A DNA stretch of 64,000 bases, from the NCBI GenBank assembly GCA_965222375.1, contig CBDCTZ010000016.1:1920001-1984000 (forward strand). Reading direction: 5' to 3'. The notes beneath the pieces were generated by a model. The model did not search any database. It had not been told where the DNA came from and was given only the letters and a program-made list of their open reading frames with translations. A program made the position numbers and the translations under genes. This document shows, piece by piece, positions 57,438 to 64,000 of this stretch; the first letter of the stretch is position 1; the number at the start of each line of letters is the position of its first letter. Source of the DNA: Polyangiaceae bacterium. GTDB taxonomy: Bacteria; Myxococcota_A; Polyangia; Polyangiales; Polyangiaceae.

Positions 57438-60400
57438 CTCCGCCGCAGAGCATCAAGTTCGGCCAGTACTTCACGGCGCTGCACGGCCACGAGCCATTCC
57501 CCTGGCAACAGCACCTCGCTGAGACCATTCTGGAAACTGGAGTCTGGCCGCCCCTGCTAGATATTCCAACGGGTCTGGGCAAGACGAGTGCTATCGATGT
57601 TGCGTTATTCACGCTGGCCGTTCGCCCCGAGATCGCGCCGCGCCGCATCATCTTGGTCGTCGACCGACGAGTCGTGGTCGATCAAGCAGCGGACCACGCA
57701 CGCAAGATCCAGCACTCGCTCCGGACAGCCCGGGAAGGCTCACTGGCGTCAGTAGCGCGAGCGCTCCGCAGGCTGTGGGACGGCCCGGATGATGCCCCCC
57801 CATTCGAAGTCGGAGTGCTTCGTGGGGGAATGCCCCGGGATGAGGCCTGGGCCCACCGCCCCGATCGTCCGGTAGTCGCGCTGAGTACGGTCGACCAGGT
57901 TGGGTCCCGCCTGCTCTTCCGCGGATACGGGGTGTCGCCCGGAATGGCACCTGTGCACGCCGGTCTGCTCGGTCAGGACGCGCTGATCATGCTCGATGAA
58001 GTTCAGCTTTCAACAGCCTTCGCCGAAACCCTCCATGCGATCGGTGAGCGTTGGAGACCATGGCGCGAGAGCGCGGCCAGAGCGGCCGCAGCAGCGTTGG
58101 AAATCCCCGATCGGTGGGCCTTCGTTCGCATGTCGGCAACGCCAGTGGGTACCGCAGGCCGTGAAACTACCCGCTTCCGTCTCTCGGAGGGTGATCTAGC
58201 CCACCCAGTCGTGCAGCAACGTCTCAACGCGAGCAAGCTCGCAACTTTGGGTCAACCCGTGGTGGCGGCGCGTAGCATCGGGACTTTTTCGTCGGAAGCT
58301 TGCCGTCACCTCGAAGCTGGCGCGAAACGACTAGCCGTGATCGTCAATCGCGTGGCGCTGGCACGGCAGGTCCACGAAGACCTGAAGCAGCGGATAGGAC
58401 CAAAGGCGGACACTGTACTGCTCACCGGGCGGATGCGACCGCTCGACCGCACCAACATATTTGGCAGTACCGACGATCCCACGAGCGTTGCAGCACGCGT
58501 GACGGCCGGAGCCCCCAGGGTCGCAGGGAGGCGTCCGATTATCGTCGTGTCCACTCAAACCATCGAAGCAGGCGCCGACTTCGACTTTGACGCGCTAGTA
58601 ACCGAATGCGCGAGTCTCGATGCCCTGCGACAGCGCTTCGGTCGCCTCGACCGCCGGGGTGAGATCGGGCAAACGCGCGCGACGATCCTCATCCGCAAGG
58701 ACCAGGCCCGCGACAGCGAGGACGATCCTGTGTACGGGGCAGCGCTAGGCAAGACCTGGAACTGGCTTCAAGATCGGGCGGACGCAACCGGCACCGTCGA
58801 CTTCGGCATTGCGAGCTTCCCGTTCCCAACCGGCGACGCAAAGGACCTCGAGGAGCTGTGCTCACCGGTACGGCACGCCCCAGTGATGCTGCCCGCACAC
58901 ATCGACGCTTGGGCCCAAACGAATCCCCGAGGCAAGCCCGATCCGGACGTCGCGCTCTGGCTACATGGACCAGACCGAGGACTGGCTGAAGTCCGCGTTA
59001 TTTGGCGCGCAGACGTCGATTCCAAGAACTTGAATGATCCCACCAGCGAAGTAGAAGCAAACGTTGAGCGCTACGCGACAGCAAGCCTTGCCGTGGCTCC
59101 GCCAAGCAGCCTCGAGAGCATCAGCGTGCCGCTACCGGCGTTCCGTGACTGGCTTGCAAACAGAGCCGCCGGCGAGCTGACGGATGTCGAAGCCGCGAGC
59201 AGCGACCTTTCTGGGAATGTACGCCGTAGGGATGACGAACAGCTCGAGCGTCGCGCGTTCTTGATCGTCACAAAGGCCGGAGCAAAGGTCTGTCGCACAG
59301 CGAACGACGCCTACCCCGAGGCAACCATCGTGGTTCCTTCGGGCTATGGTGGCATTCGGGACGGGAATTGGAACCCACGCGCCACGGAGCCCGTGAGCGA
59401 TCTTGGGGACTGGGCCCAATTCGTGCATAGAGGCCGGCCGGTACTGCGGCTTGTGCCTCAGCTGACCCATGCCACACGCAGAGTCGGTAAACGTGGCCGC
59501 GCGGAAGAAGGCGGTGAGGCTGACGGGGAATCCTCGGGGGCTCTGCTGCCAGCAGCGGTCGCGGAAAGCATCCCCATGGTTCCCGAAGTAGACGACCCGG
59601 AATACCGTCCGCGCAATGTCGTGCACGAGTGGTTGGTCGACGCACGCACGGCGGGATCCGACAATTGGAAGCTGGTTGCCAACGCCTTGACGCAGAAAAG
59701 GGCGCAGCTCCGCATCGTCCAGCTCGAGGGCTCCCCCTACTACGCCGTGATCGGCAGGCGGCGTCTGGACTTGCATCGTGAGCCAGTTCTTTACGGTTTC
59801 GACCTCGCCAGCGACATCGTCAACGACGACGACGATAGCGCCTCACACATTGGGAGAGAGGTCGGTTTGGAGGAGCACTTGGGCGACGTGGAGCGCTGGG
59901 CACAGGGCTTCTCCAAGAATGTCGACCTTCCCGAGACTCTCGCCCACGATCTTGCCCTGGCTGCCCGTCTGCATGACATCGGCAAAGCCGACGCGCGCTT
60001 CCAGCGGATGCTGCATGGCGGCAGCCCAGTTCGTCTGGCTGCGAGCGATCAGTTGCTTGCCAAATCGCGCGGCAACGCCAGTGACCGCGCAGCCCGCAAA
60101 CAGGCTCGCATACGTTCTGGCTACCCCGTGGGGTATCGTCACGAGCTTCTCTCCGTCGCGATGCTCGAGGGTACAGCTGATGCACTCGCCCGCGCGAATG
60201 ATCCAGAGCTGGTTCTGCATCTTGTGGGTAGCCACCACGGCTGGTGCCGCCCGTTCGCACCTGCCTTGGCCGATGGGCCTTCAGGAAACGTGGAGTTAGT
60301 GTTCGATGATACGCACTTCGCAGCCAACACCGCCCATGGCTTGGCAATGCCGGACTCCGGAGTGGCAGAACGCTACTGGCTACTGACCGAGCGCTACGGC

Positions 60401-60535
60401 TGGTGGACCTTGGCCTGGTTCGAAGCCCTGGTTCGGCTCGCTGACCACCGCGCCAGCGAGGAGAGCTCTCTCGGGAAGCGTTCCAGCGCACGCGCAGGTG
60501 CGGCTACCGTTGATGTCGCGCAAGGAGTCGTTTGA
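57434..60535 (+). CDS. cas3: Type I-G Cas3 helicase with C-terminal HD nuclease
   Basis: PFPWQ, PTGLGKT, DEVQ, MSAT, QRFGRLDRRG; 'LHDIGKAD', 'RHE', 'SHHG'. Confidence 0.93.
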   Translation: MTPPQSIKFGQYFTALHGHEPFPWQQHLAETILETGVWPPLLDIPTGLGKTSAIDVALFTLAVRPEIAPRRIILVVDRRVVVDQAADHARKIQHSLRTAREGSLASVARALRRLWDGPDDAPPFEVGVLRGGMPRDEAWAHRPDRPVVALSTVDQVGSRLLFRGYGVSPGMAPVHAGLLGQDALIMLDEVQLSTAFAETLHAIGERWRPWRESAARAAAAALEIPDRWAFVRMSATPVGTAGRETTRFRLSEGDLAHPVVQQRLNASKLATLGQPVVAARSIGTFSSEACRHLEAGAKRLAVIVNRVALARQVHEDLKQRIGPKADTVLLTGRMRPLDRTNIFGSTDDPTSVAARVTAGAPRVAGRRPIIVVSTQTIEAGADFDFDALVTECASLDALRQRFGRLDRRGEIGQTRATILIRKDQARDSEDDPVYGAALGKTWNWLQDRADATGTVDFGIASFPFPTGDAKDLEELCSPVRHAPVMLPAHIDAWAQTNPRGKPDPDVALWLHGPDRGLAEVRVIWRADVDSKNLNDPTSEVEANVERYATASLAVAPPSSLESISVPLPAFRDWLANRAAGELTDVEAASSDLSGNVRRRDDEQLERRAFLIVTKAGAKVCRTANDAYPEATIVVPSGYGGIRDGNWNPRATEPVSDLGDWAQFVHRGRPVLRLVPQLTHATRRVGKRGRAEEGGEADGESSGALLPAAVAESIPMVPEVDDPEYRPRNVVHEWLVDARTAGSDNWKLVANALTQKRAQLRIVQLEGSPYYAVIGRRRLDLHREPVLYGFDLASDIVNDDDDSASHIGREVGLEEHLGDVERWAQGFSKNVDLPETLAHDLALAARLHDIGKADARFQRMLHGGSPVRLAASDQLLAKSRGNASDRAARKQARIRSGYPVGYRHELLSVAMLEGTADALARANDPELVLHLVGSHHGWCRPFAPALADGPSGNVELVFDDTHFAANTAHGLAMPDSGVAERYWLLTERYGWWTLAWFEALVRLADHRASEESSLGKRSSARAGAATVDVAQGVV

Positions 60536-60539
60536 AACC

Positions 60540-61526
60540 ATGCCGGAGTCGAAGGTCACCCTCACTGGTCTAGACGGCGCGAACCCACTCGGATTTCTCG
60601 CCGCCCTCGGTGTGCTACGCGTCTTGGACCACCGGTCCCGTGGGCACAACCGCGCCCGCCCCGGGCTGTCGTGGGTTGACGAAGGGTCCTGGCGACCCGT
60701 TGTTCACGGCTGTCCCAGCCTGGACGCCATCATCGGTGAGATCCTGGAAGACAAGGCCACCTGGCAGGACGATCCAGCATTTTTGCTTTCGTACGACGGG
60801 AGCGGTGACGCGCTTGTCGATCCGCGCCGTGCCAAGAGCAAGCTCACGCGGGACCTCAAACCCAAACCCAAAGCAATGCGACAGTTTCTCGAAGCGCTCG
60901 CCAGTCGCGCCGGTGCCGAGCGGAGTGCGACGGAGCTTCCGCTGCTCCGCCGTGCCCTCGATACCGCAGCAGCCTATGGCAGCGAGACGGTGCAGGACAA
61001 CAACGGCAACACCAAGCCCACGGCACTCCACTTTACGGCAGGGCAACAACAGTTCCTCAAGGCAGTTGCAGAACTGCAGGCCGGCGTCACCAAGGAGGAC
61101 CTGGAAGAAGCCCTTGCTGGCCCCTGGCGGAGGGAAAGCACGTTGCCCAACATGGGCTGGGACTCGACAAACGCTCGATTCTACGCCCTGCGCGCCACCA
61201 ACCCATCCGGCGACAAGAAGACGACTGTTGCCGGCGCTGACTGGTTGGCGTTCATCGGTCTCGGCGTGTTGCCAGCCTTCCCTCGCGGGGGTCGCCTGGT
61301 CACAACTGGCATCTCGGGTGGCTGGAAAGATAGTGCTATCACCTGGCCAATATGGACTCGACCCGCTTCCCTGCGGATCGCAGGAAGTCTCATCCGCAAC
61401 ACGCCGCCACCTGACGCAGGACCCGCGGCTCGCGCTGCTCGGTCAATCGCCACAGTGCTCTCAGCGGCCATTTCTCGCTCCGACCAAGGCGGATACGGGA
61501 CGTTCGCACCGGCGAGAGTGACATAG
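60540..61526 (+). CDS. Type I-G large subunit, short Cas8g (Csb3-like)
   Basis: 'LTGLDGANPLGFLAALGVL', 'TAGQQQFL', 'WLAFIGL', 'WPIW'; position after cas3. Confidence 0.8.
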   Translation: MPESKVTLTGLDGANPLGFLAALGVLRVLDHRSRGHNRARPGLSWVDEGSWRPVVHGCPSLDAIIGEILEDKATWQDDPAFLLSYDGSGDALVDPRRAKSKLTRDLKPKPKAMRQFLEALASRAGAERSATELPLLRRALDTAAAYGSETVQDNNGNTKPTALHFTAGQQQFLKAVAELQAGVTKEDLEEALAGPWRRESTLPNMGWDSTNARFYALRATNPSGDKKTTVAGADWLAFIGLGVLPAFPRGGRLVTTGISGGWKDSAITWPIWTRPASLRIAGSLIRNTPPPDAGPAARAARSIATVLSAAISRSDQGGYGTFAPARVT

Positions 61527-61555
61527 GACCAAAAGGGCTTTCCGTTGGAGGTTGC

Positions 61556-63295
61556 CTATGGCCTCCCTTCGGGCTGTCCGATTTGGCTCAGAACGGCTGC
61601 CGCATCCGAAGCGTATTTGAGGATTGCTTCCGGTGGGCGCCGACCATGGATGACGTCGTTGCGGGCATTTATCAGCCTCCATATTGCGCTCCTCTTGCCA
61701 GTTAGGCTCAAGTCTTCTGCTATAGGCGCGACAATCACACGCTCTCCAGCAGTCTCCCCGAAGTTCAACCACATGCGTGTAATTGTCTTGGCGATTTTGG
61801 ACGTGTTTGTACGGTCCAACGAGGTCGCGTGGGGATCCTCTTGCTGCAGTTCCGCGAGCGGATCGACCAGGTGGCGCTTGGCCAGCCACCGGAGCGTGGC
61901 TTGGAGCACCCGCTCCAATCCGTGAGCAAGCCTAAGACTGCCGCCAAGTCGAACAGTCGCGCTCGACATTCTTCGCTCTTCCGTCTGAACACGATAGACA
62001 AACTGCGCACAGAGCGTCCTGACATCACCCGTTAACACATCGGTCGGCACGTCACCCAACCCATTGGCCAGCGCACGGGCGGGTTCCGCGCATGAATCGA
62101 ACCGCTGTTCGGGGTCCTGAGAAAGCGCCCTCCGCACGATTGCGTTCTGAGATTCGGTCAAGCGCTCAAACGGATGAAACTCATAGTGCGGCGAAGTCTG
62201 TACGCGCCCCTCGAGCAGGGAACAGAAAACCCGAAACAGACTGTACTGATCCGAGCGACTTCGTGCGTTCCCCTCGTGTTGCTCGGGTGCTGCGTACGCC
62301 ATGTTGAGGGAGTGAAGCGAGGTGGCAAGGCGCGTTGCGTTTCCATCTTCCGTCTGCCTCAGGCGAGCAAGCGAAGAAGCGCCAAAGTCCGTCAGGCGGA
62401 CGAAGTCCTCCTCGTCCATCAGGATATTTCTTGGACTCACGTCGAGGTGGAGTACGAGGTGGTCATGCAGGTAGTCGAGAGCGTCGGCCACACAAACCAA
62501 GACGTGAACTGCCAGTGCCAGGGGAAACGGCCCGGGCGAATACTGATGGATCAATAACTCAAGATCGTTGCCAGCATAGGGCATCACGAGAAATGGGCGG
62601 CCCGTGTCATCATCACGATCGGGGAAGGCGGGACAGATATTCGGATGAACGATACGAAACGCTTGGCGGAGTTCGTTTCTTATCGCACCACCGTCTTCCT
62701 CTTTCGGGATCTTGAGGACCAGCTCCAACCCGGTAAGCCGATCCTGCGCCAACCAGGCCGTACCGAACCCGCCCTCCCTCAACTCGCGCAGTAGCCGGTA
62801 GCGCGCACTCAGCAAGGTGCCAGCCGAGAGGGGCGGGGGCCCACTTGGTTCGAGGAGTTCCGTGTCGTGCTCGTCATCCAGGTCGCCACCGTCGAGCACC
62901 GTGTCACTGGACCCTTGCTCCTGGCCCGGCGCTTCATCAATCTCTGGCCAATTATCCCAGAACAGGTTCCTGAGGAGCGTCCTGCCGTGCGCAGCGTTCA
63001 GACGTCTTGCCACGAGGTGGCGGGTGGTGCCCAGAGCCCTGCGAATCTCGTCATGCAATCGGTGGTCCCGCGCCAGCTTTACGTTCAGGTTCTCCAGTTG
63101 TATTGGCGTCAGCGGCCAGTGTTCCTGAAACAGGTTGCGCACCTGATGCGCACCGTGAGCAGTATGCAAGCGCTCCGCCACCTGTTGCTGACTCAGGCCA
63201 ACTACTTCCGCAACTGCTGCAACAAGCTCCGCATCGTCGCGCGCTTCCCCTGCCGTCAGCTTCCCGGTTGGTTTAGCAGCCCCCATTGACTCCAC
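61556..63295 (-). CDS. Soluble Ser/Thr kinase with duplicated N-terminal helical repeat and C-terminal HEPN-like motif
   Basis: EGGFG, HLDVSPRN, DFG, YAAPE; RNDVIH near the C-terminus; start uncertain. Confidence 0.8.
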   Translation of the reverse strand: MESMGAAKPTGKLTAGEARDDAELVAAVAEVVGLSQQQVAERLHTAHGAHQVRNLFQEHWPLTPIQLENLNVKLARDHRLHDEIRRALGTTRHLVARRLNAAHGRTLLRNLFWDNWPEIDEAPGQEQGSSDTVLDGGDLDDEHDTELLEPSGPPPLSAGTLLSARYRLLRELREGGFGTAWLAQDRLTGLELVLKIPKEEDGGAIRNELRQAFRIVHPNICPAFPDRDDDTGRPFLVMPYAGNDLELLIHQYSPGPFPLALAVHVLVCVADALDYLHDHLVLHLDVSPRNILMDEEDFVRLTDFGASSLARLRQTEDGNATRLATSLHSLNMAYAAPEQHEGNARSRSDQYSLFRVFCSLLEGRVQTSPHYEFHPFERLTESQNAIVRRALSQDPEQRFDSCAEPARALANGLGDVPTDVLTGDVRTLCAQFVYRVQTEERRMSSATVRLGGSLRLAHGLERVLQATLRWLAKRHLVDPLAELQQEDPHATSLDRTNTSKIAKTITRMWLNFGETAGERVIVAPIAEDLSLTGKRSAIWRLINARNDVIHGRRPPEAILKYASDAAAVLSQIGQPEGRP

Positions 63296-63633
63296 TAGAG
63301 AGTACCAGAAAGTGCGGCGGGCGGAGGGGAATCAGCTGCGCGAACCGGCACTCCAACAACGTGCGTTCTGTGCCGCCGAACGACGCACTCTTGAACCCGG
63401 CCGATGGCCCGCCGCGCCATGCAGAAATCGAACTCCATGGCGTGGAAGGGGACGGGCGGCTGCTTGTGTGGACCACCGCGGAAGCCGCAACACACTAAGC
63501 CGCTTGAACGCACTGATCGACGGTCGTGGGCGTGCCTCATGCGGTTGCGGGTCTACATTGTCATCACGCATCCCAACCCGCGGCTATTCGGTGAATACCG
63601 CTGGAAGGGGTCGATTCGACGCCATTTGCGATC

Positions 63634-63651
63634 TGTACCGAAATGAGTACA
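63634..63651. promoter_or_regulatory. Short inverted repeat, putative TA operator
   Basis: TGTAC-N8-GTACA upstream of the RelE-like gene. Confidence 0.4.
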
Positions 63652-63692
63652 CTGTCCATGTGGCGGCGAAGCGACTCCGCAGTCAAAAGGCA

Positions 63693-64000
63693 GTGGGAAA
63701 GAGAGATCGAGACGAGGAAGCACGCACACCGAGGAAGCCGCAGCTGGAATGCCGATTCTTCGTCACGGCTGCGGGCAACGAGCCCGTCCGCGAGTGGCTC
63801 AAGGAGCTCGATGTCGAGGTGCGCCGAGAGGTCGGCTCCGACATCCAACTCGCGCAGTGGAGGTGGCCGGTCGGCAAGCCGCTCGTCGATGGTTTCGGCG
63901 AAGGTTTGTTCGAAGTCAGAACGAGCTTCGACGACGACATCTACCGCGTTCTGTTCTGCCTCGATGGCTCTGCCATGGTCCTGCTTCACGGGTTCAAAAA
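63693..64000 (+). CDS. RelE/ParE-superfamily (Gp49/DUF891-like) toxin, truncated by the window end
   Basis: Manual translation: 'FFVTAAGNEPVREWLKEL...WPVGKPLV....GLFEVR...YRVLF......LLHGFK'. Confidence 0.85.
   Translation, partial: MGKRDRDEEARTPRKPQLECRFFVTAAGNEPVREWLKELDVEVRREVGSDIQLAQWRWPVGKPLVDGFGEGLFEVRTSFDDDIYRVLFCLDGSAMVLLHGFK

Noticed and set aside
63296..63650. Short ORFs between the kinase and the RelE-like gene
   Set aside because: No recognisable motifs or RBS; possibly gene remnants, but unsupported.

Overview
GC-rich window that looks myxobacterial (Polyangiales-like), judged from MYXO-CTERM-like tails, several Ser/Thr kinases and PEGA/PGRS-like modules. It has three parts. (1) 1-28.8 kb is envelope and housekeeping DNA: a TraA/TraB-like adhesin plus OmpA pair, ArsR-SRPBCC, a pentapeptide kinase, a type IV pilin, a radical-SAM/epimerase/flippase operon, a repeat-motif lipopeptide with a di-iron protein, POTRA/SurA, GT4 and bacterioferritin. 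(2) 28.8-51.4 kb is a tandem cassette array. A response regulator and two kinases head three divergent modules of [Pro-rich membrane protein A, TPR-PEGA protein, Gly-rich lipoprotein, with or without a small RHH gene]. The modules are separated by near-identical ~0.83-0.85 kb elements, each with a long hairpin around a fixed-length 55-nt variable core, a hexamer microsatellite and a DUF559 endonuclease gene. One element copy is interrupted by a complete group II intron. This element and array are the best candidate for an undescribed system. (3) 51.9-64 kb is a defence island: a WYL regulator, a DUF433/PIN toxin-antitoxin pair, a type I-G cas operon with no adaptation genes or array in the window but one modified repeat in its leader, a convergent kinase with a HEPN-like motif, and a RelE-like toxin cut by the window edge. 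All family calls come from motif recognition by eye; no database search was run.
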